From NCBI GenBank assembly GCA_025060455.1, contig JANXBY010000003.1, positions 34,719 to 98,718 of the forward strand: a stretch of 64,000 bases of DNA. The letters are read 5' to 3'. The position numbers were made by a program, and so were the translations under genes. Origin of the DNA: Armatimonadota bacterium (GTDB lineage: Bacteria > Sysuimicrobiota > Sysuimicrobiia > Sysuimicrobiales > Sysuimicrobiaceae). Below are positions 36,285 to 45,007 of the stretch, piece by piece. Below the pieces are notes generated by a model. The model ran no database searches. It was not told the origin of the DNA and worked only from the letters and a program-made list of their open reading frames with translations. How positions within the stretch are numbered: position 1 is the first letter of the stretch; every line of letters begins with the position of its first letter.

Positions 36285-36869
36285 TCACGCACCCCGGCGG
36301 GCCGGGTACCCGGCCAGGGCCGGCACCCGCGTGCGCACCGCGGCCACCAGCCACAGGGTGATGGCGCCGTTGAGCACGCTGGTGATCAGGTTGAAGGGTA
36401 CGAAGACGGACAACAGGAGCGGAGCCACCCGCCGCTGGAGGATCGCCCAGTCCAGGGGGCTGTAGTGGAGGAAGGCGGGCAACACCACGAACGCCAAGAC
36501 CGGCACCATGAAGACCGCGCGGGCCACCGCACCGGCGGCCACCCCCTTGGTCAGGCCCACCAGGTTGGGTTCCCGACGGTATGCCCACGCCGCGGTGGCC
36601 GCGAAGAAGCTCACCGCGGCGAAGTTGGCGAACGGCCCCACCCACCCCGTGGGGCTACCGAACAGGACCACGTACAGCACGTTCTTGAGGAACGCCACCG
36701 CCACACCCGCCGACGGCCCGAACAGGATGCCTGCCAGCAGCGTGGGGACCTCGCTGGGGTCGAACTTCAGGTATGGCGCACCCGGCAGGATGGGGAACTG
36801 GATGAGCCGCATGAGCAACGCGGACAAGGCGGACAGCATGGCCAGGGAGGCCAACCGACGTGCGCGCAT
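36285..36869 (-). CDS. ribU: ECF transporter S component, probable riboflavin transporter
   Basis: Small, about 194-aa, 5-6 TM protein. ATG at 36869 lies 6 nt after GAGGAGG. It sits immediately downstream of an FMN riboswitch. Confidence 0.65.
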   Translation of the reverse strand: MRARRLASLAMLSALSALLMRLIQFPILPGAPYLKFDPSEVPTLLAGILFGPSAGVAVAFLKNVLYVVLFGSPTGWVGPFANFAAVSFFAATAAWAYRREPNLVGLTKGVAAGAVARAVFMVPVLAFVVLPAFLHYSPLDWAILQRRVAPLLLSVFVPFNLITSVLNGAITLWLVAAVRTRVPALAGYPARRGA

Positions 36870-36909
36870 CTCGGCCCTCCTCGTTGGGTTTCCAGCGGAG
36901 CACCGACCC

Positions 36910-36939
36910 AACAAGAATGCCCCGGAGCAACCTCCGGGG
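36910..36939 (-). terminator. Intrinsic terminator hairpin forming the expression platform of the FMN riboswitch
   Basis: In minus sense: CCCCGGAG-GTTG-CTCCGGGG followed by CATTCTTGTT, between the aptamer and the ribU RBS. Confidence 0.5.
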
Positions 36940-36979
36940 CGCCGGATGACGCGACGCCGCCGCCATACGCGGCCGGGCT

Positions 36980-37160
36980 CGCGGCCACCGACCCTCTCCC
37001 ATCCGGACTGTACCGTCGGCCCCGGCTTCGCCCTTTGGCTGGACCGGGTCCACCGCGCCGCAGACCGTGCGCGGGTCGCGGGCTCGCACCCCGTGGTGCC
37101 TACCGCCGGTCGGGAATCGGGGACCGTGCGGCCCCCTCACCCTGCCCCGAAGGTCGTGCT
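36980..37160 (-). ncRNA. FMN riboswitch (RFN element)
   Basis: Minus-sense sequence matches the RFN consensus blocks CUUCGGGGCAGGGUGA...AUUCCCGACCGGCGGUAG...GCCCG.GACCCG...GCGGUGGA...CCGACGGUACAGUCCGGAUGGGAGAGGG. Confidence 0.8.
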
Positions 37161-37209
37161 CGCTGGTCGCCTCGATCCTACCGCGCTCCGGGCGCGGCGG
37201 CAAGCCGCT

Positions 37210-38136
37210 TCACACCCCGAAGACCCGGCGGACGTAGTCGCGGTTGCGGGCCGCGGAGGCCAGGGTGTCGGTGTCCTCCGTGACCACCCGGTCCTGCTCC
37301 ACCACCAGCCAGCCGCGGTAGCCGGCTGCCTGCAGGCAACCCGCGATGGCCGGGAGGTCCACCGACCCACAGCCCAGCTCCACGAACGTGCCCTGTTTGG
37401 CTACCTCCGCGTAGGCGAGCCCCTGCGCCAGCAGTTGCCGGAGGCGGGGGACGTCTACGTCCTTCAGGTGCACGTGGTTGATGCGGGCGGCATGCCTCCG
37501 CGCCACCTCCACGGGGTCGCCGCCCCCGAACAGCAGGTGGCCGGTGTCCAGGCACAGCCCGACCACCTCGGGGTCTGTCTGGGACAGCAACGCCTCCACC
37601 TCCTCGGGGTTCTCCACGTACGTCCCCCCGTGAGGGTGGAAGGCCACCTGGAGCCCGTACGCCTGCCGCACCAGCCGGGCCAGCCGGCTGGCACGTTCCC
37701 CGTAGCCTGGCCACTCGTCCGGGGCGAGCCCGCACGTCCGGGTGAGCTCCACGCGACCTGCGGCCTGGGCCCGGGCTTCGTCCCCCGCGTCCGCGAACAC
37801 CACGCAGCTTCCGCCGCACCGGGCCAGCAGCTCTGAGGTGCGGCGCACCTCCACCTCCGCCCGGCCGAAGGATTCCGGGTCCCGCAGGGGCAGTGGTACG
37901 AACGCCGCCACCAGCTGCAGCCCGCGGGCCCGCAGGGCGTCCTGGAGCCGGTGGGGGTCTGCGGGCAGAAACCCCCACGGGCCCAGCTCCGTACCTTCGT
38001 AGCCCGCCTGGCTCATCTCGTCCAGCACCCGCTCCCACCGCAGCTGGGGGCCCCATCCGGGGATCTCGCACACACCCCAGCTGATGGGAGCCGAAGCCAC
38101 TCGGATCGTGCCCACGTGCACCTCCGTCAGGACCAT
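37210..38136 (-). CDS. iolE: Inosose dehydratase (xylose isomerase-like TIM barrel)
   Basis: Blocks shared with B. subtilis IolE: ASAPISWGV, HPHGGTYVEN, TDPEVVGLCLDTGH, INHVHLKDV, GWLVVEQD. The track ORF is over-extended upstream. Confidence 0.65.
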   Translation of the reverse strand: MVLTEVHVGTIRVASAPISWGVCEIPGWGPQLRWERVLDEMSQAGYEGTELGPWGFLPADPHRLQDALRARGLQLVAAFVPLPLRDPESFGRAEVEVRRTSELLARCGGSCVVFADAGDEARAQAAGRVELTRTCGLAPDEWPGYGERASRLARLVRQAYGLQVAFHPHGGTYVENPEEVEALLSQTDPEVVGLCLDTGHLLFGGGDPVEVARRHAARINHVHLKDVDVPRLRQLLAQGLAYAEVAKQGTFVELGCGSVDLPAIAGCLQAAGYRGWLVVEQDRVVTEDTDTLASAARNRDYVRRVFGV

Positions 38137-38164
38137 CCCCAAAAACGCGGCCGCGATTTTGGGG
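38137..38164. promoter_or_regulatory. Near-perfect 28-nt palindrome CCCCAAAAACGCGGCCGCGATTTTGGGG in the divergent iolE/iolB intergenic region (candidate operator)
   Basis: Directly abuts the iolE start. Shares its core with the motif at 24583..24612. Confidence 0.35.
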
Positions 38165-38258
38165 ACGCCGCTCTCCCGCCGCACCTTGACAGCTAGTTCC
38201 GTTCGCGCGTCGGGTGGCTGGCCCCTGCGTGCACTACAATCGGCAGCGGGAGGAGGCC

Positions 38259-39155
38259 GTGCCCTGGAAGACGCCCCAGGACTTCCGCATCGAGCCGGTC
38301 CGCCCACGCCCTCAGGACGGGGTGGTGGTGCGGGTCACGCCACAGCAGGCGGGCTGGGAGCTGCTGGGCTTCGAGGTACGCCGGCTGCCGCCGGGCGGGC
38401 GGTGGGAGCACCACACGGGTGACTGCGAGACGGTGCTGGTGTGGCTGGGCGGCCGGGCCGGCGTCCGGTCGGACCGGGGCCGGTGGGACCATGTGGGCCG
38501 GCGCCGGGATCCCTTTGACGGGATGCCATACGCCCTCTACCTGCCTCCCCGCACGGAGTTCGAGGTGGTGGCGGAGTCGGACGGTGCGGAGCTGGCGTGG
38601 GGGTGGGCGCCCGCGGAAGGGCGCTTCCCGCCCCGCCTGGTCACGCCGGCGGACGTGGAGATCGAGGTGCGGGGAGGCCACAACGCCACCCGCCAGATCA
38701 ACGGCATCGTCCCGCCCGGTTTCCCGTGCGAGCGGCTGGTGTGCGTGGAGGTGTACACGCCGGGGGGGAACTGGTCCAGCTACCCGCCCCACAAGCACGA
38801 CGTCCACCGGGTGGACCCCTCGGGGCGGGTGGTGGAGGCAGACCTGGAGGAGGTGTACTTTTACAAGTTCGACCGGGCGGAGGGCTTCGCCCTGCAGCGG
38901 ATCTACGCGCACGACGGCTCCTTCGACGTGGCGGTGGTGGCGCGTCAGGACGACCTGGTGCTGGTCCCGTGCGGGTACCACCCCGTGTGCGCGGCCTACG
39001 GCTACACCTGCTACTACCTGAACGTGCTGGCGGGCTCCGCGCAGAGCCTGGCCAACTCCGAGGACCCCGCGCACGCCTGGGTTCGCTCCACCTGGACGGA
39101 GCGGGACCCTCGGGTGCCCGTGGTGACCCATGCCATGGAGGACCGGAATGGATGA
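38259..39155 (+). CDS. iolB: 5-deoxy-glucuronate isomerase
   Basis: IolB C-terminal blocks VEVYTPGGNWSSYPPHKHD, PCGYHPVCAAYGYTCYYLNVLAG, EDPAHAWV. GTG 38259 follows GGGAGGAGG. An alternative GTG lies at 38214. Confidence 0.8.
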   Translation: MPWKTPQDFRIEPVRPRPQDGVVVRVTPQQAGWELLGFEVRRLPPGGRWEHHTGDCETVLVWLGGRAGVRSDRGRWDHVGRRRDPFDGMPYALYLPPRTEFEVVAESDGAELAWGWAPAEGRFPPRLVTPADVEIEVRGGHNATRQINGIVPPGFPCERLVCVEVYTPGGNWSSYPPHKHDVHRVDPSGRVVEADLEEVYFYKFDRAEGFALQRIYAHDGSFDVAVVARQDDLVLVPCGYHPVCAAYGYTCYYLNVLAGSAQSLANSEDPAHAWVRSTWTERDPRVPVVTHAMEDRNG

Positions 39156-39234
39156 CATGTACCAGGCCAGCACAAAGCCCCTGTCCCACACGTCAGCGTG
39201 GTGACCCATGCCATGGAGGACCGGAATGGATGAC
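39119..39234 (+). repeat. Perfect 38-nt direct repeat (CGTGGTGACCCATGCCATGGAGGACCGGAATGGATGAC) flanking a 40-nt lower-GC spacer at the iolB/iolC junction
   Basis: Copies at 39119..39156 and 39197..39234. Copy 1 encodes the iolB C-terminus and stop. Copy 2 carries the iolC RBS (GGAGG) and ATG. Confidence 0.85.
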
Positions 39235-40185
39235 CGCCGGTACGACGTCCTGGCCATGGGCCGGTGCGGGATCGACCTGTACAGCAACGACGTGGGCGCT
39301 CCCTTCGTGGAGATCCGCAGCTTTGCCGCGTACGTGGGCGGGTGTCCCACCAACGTTAGCGTGGGCACGCGGAGGCTGGGGCTGCGCAGCGCGCTGCTGA
39401 CCGCGGTGGGGGACGACCCGGTGGGGGAGTTCGTGCTGCACTTCCTTCGCCGGGAGGGCGTGGACATCCAGTTCGTCCCCCGAAAGCGGGGGCGGCGCAC
39501 GGGGGCCGTGGTGCTGGGCATCGAGCCGCCCGACCGCTTCCCGCTGGTCTTCTACCGCGACAACGCCGCGGACCTGGGGCTGGACCTGGAGGACGTCTGC
39601 CGCGCGCCGGTGGAGGCCAGCCGGGTGTTGTTCTTGACGGGCACGGGCCTCACCGCCGAGCCCAGCCGCACGGCCACGCTGTTCGCCGCGGAACGGGCGG
39701 TGGCGGCGGGCACGCGGGTAGTGGTGGACCTGGACTACCGCGCCAGCCTTTGGCCCGACGCCCGCGCCTACGGGGTGAACGTGCGGGCGCTCGTGCGGTG
39801 GGCGGAGGTGGTGGTGGGCAACGAGGAGGAGCTGCACGCGGCCACAGGAAGGGAAGGGGTTCAGGGCGCGGCGGGTGCCCTGCTGGAACTGGGCCCCAAG
39901 GTGGTGGTGGCCAAGCTGGGCGCCGGGGGGTCCGCGGTGTTCACCCGGGAAGGCCAGCGGGTGGACGTGCCGCCGTTCCCCGTGGAGGTGTACAAGGTGC
40001 TGGGGGCCGGAGACGCCTTCGCCAGCGGGTTGCTGTACGGGTGGTTGCGGGGCTGGGACTGGTACCGGGCGGCGCGGCTGGGCAACGCGTGCGGGGCCAT
40101 CGTGGTGACGCGGCACGGCTGCGCGAACTTCATGCCGTACGAGGAGGAGGCGCTGCGCTTCGTGGAGGAGCGGGGAGGGTTCTGA
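39226..40185 (+). CDS. iolC: 5-dehydro-2-deoxygluconokinase (PfkB family)
   Basis: PfkB signatures (GRCGIDLYS, VLGAGDAFASGLLYGWL). ATG 39226 lies 6 nt after GGAGG. The track start 39208 lies inside the repeat. Confidence 0.8.
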   Translation: MDDRRYDVLAMGRCGIDLYSNDVGAPFVEIRSFAAYVGGCPTNVSVGTRRLGLRSALLTAVGDDPVGEFVLHFLRREGVDIQFVPRKRGRRTGAVVLGIEPPDRFPLVFYRDNAADLGLDLEDVCRAPVEASRVLFLTGTGLTAEPSRTATLFAAERAVAAGTRVVVDLDYRASLWPDARAYGVNVRALVRWAEVVVGNEEELHAATGREGVQGAAGALLELGPKVVVAKLGAGGSAVFTREGQRVDVPPFPVEVYKVLGAGDAFASGLLYGWLRGWDWYRAARLGNACGAIVVTRHGCANFMPYEEEALRFVEERGGF

Positions 40186-40186
40186 G

Positions 40187-40957
40187 GTGGCGAAGGCGGG
40201 GCGGCCCGACGGCGTGCCGTCCGTGGTGCGGGCGGTGCGCATCCTCGAAGCGGTGGGCAACGCGGTCCGGCCGCCCACCCTGGGCGAGCTGGCCAGGTCT
40301 TTGGGGATCCCCAAGAGCACCACCCACGACCTGTGCGCCACCTTGGTGCAGGAACGGCTCCTGTCGCGGTCCGCGGACGGCCGGTTCCGCCTCGGGGTCC
40401 GCGTGCTGGAGCTGTACCGGGCGTACGACGCCGCCTCCGACCTGTCCGCGGCGTTCGCGGAGGTGTGCGAGGAGCTGTTGCCACGCCACGAAGAGACCTT
40501 GGTGCTGTCGGTGCTGGACGGCCCGGAGGTGGTATACGTGGCCTGCCGGAACGGCACCCAGCCCATTGCGGTGAACTACCGCATCGGCCTGCGGCTACCT
40601 GCCCACTGCACCGCCACCGGCAAGGCGATCCTAAGCGCGCTGCCGGAACAACAGGTGCGCCAGCTGTTCGCGTGCGCAGAGCTCCCACGTCCCACCCGGC
40701 GGAGCGTGGGGTCTGTAGACGAACTGGTGGAGGAGCTGGTCCGGACGCGGCAGCGAGGCTACTCCGTGGACGACGAGGAGACGGTGGAGGGGATGTGCTG
40801 CGTGGGGGCGCCCGTGTACACGCGGAGTGGCGTCTCCGCAGGGGTGGCTTTCAGCACCGTGAAGGCCCGGCTCACCCCGAGCCGGCTGGAGGAGCTGGCC
40901 CGTCAGGTCACGGGACTGGCCCGGCGGCTGTCCGAGAGGCTGGGGGCGCGCCCGTGA
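40187..40957 (+). CDS. IclR family transcriptional regulator
   Basis: IclR HTH (LGELARSLGIPKSTTHDLCATLVQERLL) and a C-terminal effector domain. GTG lies 1 nt after the iolC stop, with GGGGAGGG upstream. Confidence 0.8.
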   Translation: MAKAGRPDGVPSVVRAVRILEAVGNAVRPPTLGELARSLGIPKSTTHDLCATLVQERLLSRSADGRFRLGVRVLELYRAYDAASDLSAAFAEVCEELLPRHEETLVLSVLDGPEVVYVACRNGTQPIAVNYRIGLRLPAHCTATGKAILSALPEQQVRQLFACAELPRPTRRSVGSVDELVEELVRTRQRGYSVDDEETVEGMCCVGAPVYTRSGVSAGVAFSTVKARLTPSRLEELARQVTGLARRLSERLGARP

Positions 40958-40967
40958 GCCGGGCAGC

Positions 40968-40990
40968 TTGACAGCGGGCACAGGCCTGTG
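40968..40990 (+). promoter_or_regulatory. Putative -35 TTGACA overlapping the perfect palindrome CACAGGCCTGTG upstream of iolD
   Basis: TTGACA at 40968-40973. The 12-nt palindrome at 40979-40990 sits in the spacer. GAACACRG is repeated twice further downstream. Confidence 0.3.
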
Positions 40991-41055
40991 TTTGTTTGGT
41001 CGCGCGGTCTCCGCGAACACGGAACCTGTCCGTAAATCCGAACACAGGAGGAACC

Positions 41056-42918
41056 GTGAGTACCCTGCGACTGACGGCGGCCCAGGCCCTGGTGAGGTTC
41101 CTGGCCGCCCAGCGGGTGGAGCGGGACGGCCGCACGGTGCCCTTCTTCGCGGGGGTGTGGGGAATCTTCGGCCACGGCAACGTGGCAGGGATCGGGCAGG
41201 CCCTGCAGGAGTCCCCCCAGCTGCGGTTTTACTTCGCCCGCAACGAGCAGGCCATGGTGCACGCGGCGGCCGCGTTCGCGAAGGCGTCGCGGCGGCTGCG
41301 CACCTTCGCGTGCACCTCGTCCATCGGGCCGGGGGCCACCAACATGGTCACCGGGGCCGCGGGGGCCACCATCAACCGCGTGCCCGTGCTGTTGCTGCCG
41401 GGCGACGTCTTCGCCCGGCGGAACGTGGCCCCAGTGTTACAGCAGCTGGAAGCCGGCTGGTCGCTGGACGTTTCCGTGAACGACTGTTTCAAGCCGGTGT
41501 CGCGCTACTGGGACCGCATCAACCGCCCGGACCAACTGCCGTGGGCGTTGATGGAGGCCATGCGGGTTCTCACCTCGCCGGCGGACACGGGTGCGGTGAC
41601 CCTTGCGTTCCCTCAGGACGTGCAGGCAGAGGCGTGGGACTACCCCGCGGAGCTGTTTGAGCCGCGCACCTGGCGGATCCCGCGTCCCGCGCCGGAGCGG
41701 GAGGTGTTGCGGAAGGCGGCCCGGCGCATCCGGGCGAGTCGGAGGCCGTTGGTGGTGGCGGGCGGAGGCGTGTGGTTCAGCGAGGCCGAGCCCGCGCTAC
41801 GCGCCCTGGTGGAGGCCACCGGAATCCCGGTGGCGGAGACCCAGGCGGGCAAGGGCAGCCTCCCGTGGGATCACCCTCAGAACGTGGGCGCGGTCGGGGT
41901 TACCGGGAGCCTGGCCGCCAACCGGCTGGCGCGGACCGCGGACCTCGTGGTGGGGGTGGGCACGGCGTGGGACGACTTCACCACCGCCTCCAAGACCCTG
42001 TTCGAAGGGTCGGGCGTGCAGTTCGTGAACTTGAACGTGTGCGAGCGCGACGCGCGCAAGCACGGGGCCCTGGCGGTGGTGGCGGACGCCCGCGTGGCGC
42101 TGGAAGGGCTGGCCGAGCTGTTGCAGGGCTACCGGGTGGAGCCGTCGTACGCGGAGGAAGTCGCCCGCCTGCGGGAGGCGTGGGACGCAGAGGTGCAGCG
42201 CCTCGTCAGCCAGCGTCACGGCCCCCCCATGGCCCAGGCGGAGGTGATCGGGGTGGTGAACGCCTTCGCCCGGCCGGAAGACGTGGTGGTGTGTGCGGCG
42301 GGGAGCCTGCCCGGAGACCTGCACAAGCTGTGGCGGGCGCGCCAGCCGGGCACGTACCACCTCGAGTACGGCTACTCCTGCATGGGGTACGAGATCCCCG
42401 GCGGGCTGGGAGTGAAGATGGCGGATCCCAGCCGCGAGGTGTACGTGCTGGTGGGCGACGGCTCGTACCTGATGATGCCCAGCGAGATCACCACCTCCCT
42501 GCAGGAGGGCCACAAGCTCACCGTGGTGCTCCTGGACAACCACGGGTACGCCAGCATCGGCGGGCTGTCGGAGTCTCTGGGACTGGGAGGGTTCGGCACC
42601 AAGCACCGGTTCCGCAACCCCGCCACCGGCCAGCTGGACGGCGACCTCCTGCCCATCGACCTGGCCGCGAACGCGGCGAGTCTAGGTGCGTACGTGGTGC
42701 GGGCGCGGACGAGGGAGGAGCTGTGGAAGGCCCTGGAAGAGGCGAGGGCGCAGCCGCGGACCACGGTGGTGGTGGTGGAGGTGGACCGGCACGCCCGGGT
42801 GCCGGCCTACGAGGCGTGGTGGGACGTGCCCGTGGCAGAGGTTTCCGCCATGGCCGCGGTGCGCGAGGCGCGGGCGGAGTACGAGAAGCACCGGGCGAAA
42901 GAGCGGTTTTACCTGTAG
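41056..42918 (+). CDS. iolD: 3D-(3,5/4)-trihydroxycyclohexane-1,2-dione hydrolase (ThDP-dependent)
   Basis: ThDP-enzyme N, M and C domains. N-terminal LRLTAAQALVRFLAAQ is typical of IolD. GTG lies 4 nt after AGGAGG. The ThDP-binding motif GDGSYLM is present. Confidence 0.85.
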   Translation: MSTLRLTAAQALVRFLAAQRVERDGRTVPFFAGVWGIFGHGNVAGIGQALQESPQLRFYFARNEQAMVHAAAAFAKASRRLRTFACTSSIGPGATNMVTGAAGATINRVPVLLLPGDVFARRNVAPVLQQLEAGWSLDVSVNDCFKPVSRYWDRINRPDQLPWALMEAMRVLTSPADTGAVTLAFPQDVQAEAWDYPAELFEPRTWRIPRPAPEREVLRKAARRIRASRRPLVVAGGGVWFSEAEPALRALVEATGIPVAETQAGKGSLPWDHPQNVGAVGVTGSLAANRLARTADLVVGVGTAWDDFTTASKTLFEGSGVQFVNLNVCERDARKHGALAVVADARVALEGLAELLQGYRVEPSYAEEVARLREAWDAEVQRLVSQRHGPPMAQAEVIGVVNAFARPEDVVVCAAGSLPGDLHKLWRARQPGTYHLEYGYSCMGYEIPGGLGVKMADPSREVYVLVGDGSYLMMPSEITTSLQEGHKLTVVLLDNHGYASIGGLSESLGLGGFGTKHRFRNPATGQLDGDLLPIDLAANAASLGAYVVRARTREELWKALEEARAQPRTTVVVVEVDRHARVPAYEAWWDVPVAEVSAMAAVREARAEYEKHRAKERFYL

Positions 42919-42973
42919 ACCGACACCCTTAGGCGACTCAAGGCACCCAGCATTCGAAGGCAGGGGAGGCAAC

Positions 42974-44005
42974 GTGGCCGAGCTGGGACGAGAGCTCCGG
43001 GTGGGGGTGGTGGGGGCCGGCGGGATGGGCACCCGCCACGCCCGCAACCTCCTGCGGGTGCCAGGGGTCCGGGTGGGGGCTGTGGCGGACGCCGACCCCG
43101 GGCGCGCGGAAGCCCTCGCCAAGGACTGCGGGGCTTCCCGTGTGTACGCGGACGGCTACGAGCTCGTGCTAGACCCAGAGGTGGACGCGGTGGTGGTTGC
43201 CAGCCCCGATCCCACCCACGCGAGCTACGTGCTGGCGTGTCTGGAAGCCCGCAAACCGGTGTTCTGCGAGAAGCCCCTGGCCACCCACGCTGCGGAGGCC
43301 CGGGCCGTGGTGGAACAGGAGGTGTCGTTGGGCCGACGCCTCGTGCAGGTGGGCTTCCAGCGCCGCTACGACCCCGACCTCCAGGCGCTGTGGCGGCTGA
43401 TCCGGAACGGAGTGGTGGGAAAGCCGGTGCTGTACCGCACGTGGCACCGGAACGCGCGGGCCGCGTACGGCCCCCGCAGCAACGCCGAGGTCCTGGTGAA
43501 CTCCGCCATCCACGACCTGGACGAGGTCCGGTGGCTGTCCGGTCAGGAGGTGCGCGCGGTGCGCTCGGTGGTGGGCTGCCGGGTGGACCGGTCGCTGGCC
43601 GAGGGGGTGTTCGACCTGCAGCTGATCCAGCTCGAGCTCGGCGACGGTGCCCTGGCCCTGGTGGAGTTGAACCTGTCCGCGGGCTACGGGTACGAGGTGG
43701 GCGCGGAGGTGTGCGGGGAGCGGGGCTCCATCACCGCGGGGTTGCCGGCTGGAGCGTTCGTGCGGGTTGAGGGCGACGCGCGGGTGCACGTGCCCGCGGA
43801 CTGGCTGGAGCGGTTCGACGCGGCGTACGCCGCCGAGGTGGCCGCGTGGGTCGAGCACGTGCGCGCAGGCCAAGCCTGGCCGCACGCGTGGGACGGGTAC
43901 GCCTCGCTGGTGGTGGCCGAGGCGTGCGCAGAGGCACTGGCGACGGGCAGGCCGGTGTCTCTAACTCCGGAGCCGCCTCCCCCTCTCTACGTCACGCCGG
44001 CTTGA
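42974..44005 (+). CDS. iolG: myo-inositol 2-dehydrogenase (Gfo/Idh/MocA family)
   Basis: Rossmann VGVVGAGGMGTRHARNL and the Gfo/Idh/MocA C-domain. GTG lies 4 nt after GGGGAGG. Confidence 0.75.
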   Translation: MAELGRELRVGVVGAGGMGTRHARNLLRVPGVRVGAVADADPGRAEALAKDCGASRVYADGYELVLDPEVDAVVVASPDPTHASYVLACLEARKPVFCEKPLATHAAEARAVVEQEVSLGRRLVQVGFQRRYDPDLQALWRLIRNGVVGKPVLYRTWHRNARAAYGPRSNAEVLVNSAIHDLDEVRWLSGQEVRAVRSVVGCRVDRSLAEGVFDLQLIQLELGDGALALVELNLSAGYGYEVGAEVCGERGSITAGLPAGAFVRVEGDARVHVPADWLERFDAAYAAEVAAWVEHVRAGQAWPHAWDGYASLVVAEACAEALATGRPVSLTPEPPPPLYVTPA

Positions 44006-44015
44006 GGCCAGGGGT

Positions 44016-44981
44016 ATGTGGGTCGGACTGATGACAGATAGCCTGCGGTCCGAGCCGCGACCGCGGGTGTTCGAGCGCTGTGCGCGGTGGGGGATCCGCT
44101 CGGTGGAACTCGGTACGGGGAACTTTTCCGCGGCGCCCCACTTGGACCTTCAGCAGCTCCTCCGTGACCCCGGTGCACGGGCGCAGCTCCTGCGGGAGCT
44201 ACGAGACCACGGGCTCGTCATCAGCGCCCTGAACTGCAGCGGCAACCCCCTTCACCCTCGTCCGGAGGAGGGCGCCCGGCAGGCCCGGGTGGTGCGCGAC
44301 ACCATCGCGCTGGCCGGCCTGCTCGGGGTGGACACGGTGGTGACCATGTCGGGCTGCCCGGGTGGGCCCAACGGGGGCGACCCGAACTGGGTGCTGTCCG
44401 GCTGGCCGCGGGAGTTCCAGGAAGTCCTGGACTGGCAGTGGCAGCAGAAGGTCATCCCCTTCTGGCAGGAGATGGCGGAGTGGGCACAGCGGTGCGGGGT
44501 GCGGCGGATCGCGGTGGAGATGCACCCGGGCCAGTGCGTGTACAACCCCGCCACCCTGCTCCGGCTCCGGGAGGCGGTGGGCCCCACCGTGGGGGCCAAC
44601 CTAGATCCCAGCCACCTGTTCTGGCAGGGCATCGACGTCCTGGCCACGGTGGAGCGGCTGGGCCCGGCCATCTTTCACGTGCACGCGAAGGACACGTGGG
44701 TGGACGAGGCACGGGTCCGTCAGGACGGGGTGCTGTACCTGTCCACGGGTTGGCCTCCCTCACAGGGTCCGTGGACCTTCCGGACCCTGGGCCTCGGCCA
44801 CGACACCTTCTTCTGGCAGCGGTTCGTGGACGCCCTCCGGCGGGTGGGATACCGCGGGGCCCTGAGCGTGGAGCACGAGGATCCCTACCTGGATGCCGCA
44901 GACGGCGTGGCCCGCGCCGTGGAGGTGCTGCGGGCGTGCTTGCCCCGGCAGGCGGAGGGGGGCGACCTCACCGACTCTTAA
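44016..44981 (+). CDS. Sugar phosphate isomerase/epimerase (xylose isomerase-like TIM barrel; IolI/IolH-type)
   Basis: TIM-barrel motifs (RIAVEMHPGQ, FHVHAKD, SVEHEDP). It cannot be assigned to IolI versus IolH from sequence alone. Confidence 0.65.
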   Translation: MWVGLMTDSLRSEPRPRVFERCARWGIRSVELGTGNFSAAPHLDLQQLLRDPGARAQLLRELRDHGLVISALNCSGNPLHPRPEEGARQARVVRDTIALAGLLGVDTVVTMSGCPGGPNGGDPNWVLSGWPREFQEVLDWQWQQKVIPFWQEMAEWAQRCGVRRIAVEMHPGQCVYNPATLLRLREAVGPTVGANLDPSHLFWQGIDVLATVERLGPAIFHVHAKDTWVDEARVRQDGVLYLSTGWPPSQGPWTFRTLGLGHDTFFWQRFVDALRRVGYRGALSVEHEDPYLDAADGVARAVEVLRACLPRQAEGGDLTDS

Positions 44982-45007
44982 CGAAGGGATCCTTTCCTGG
45001 GACTGCG

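Noticed and set aside
39119-39234. Considered whether the 38-nt direct repeat could be a CRISPR array or MITE
   Set aside because: There are only two copies, the spacer is 40 nt, the repeats overlap coding sequence and an RBS, and no cas genes or terminal inverted repeats are present.
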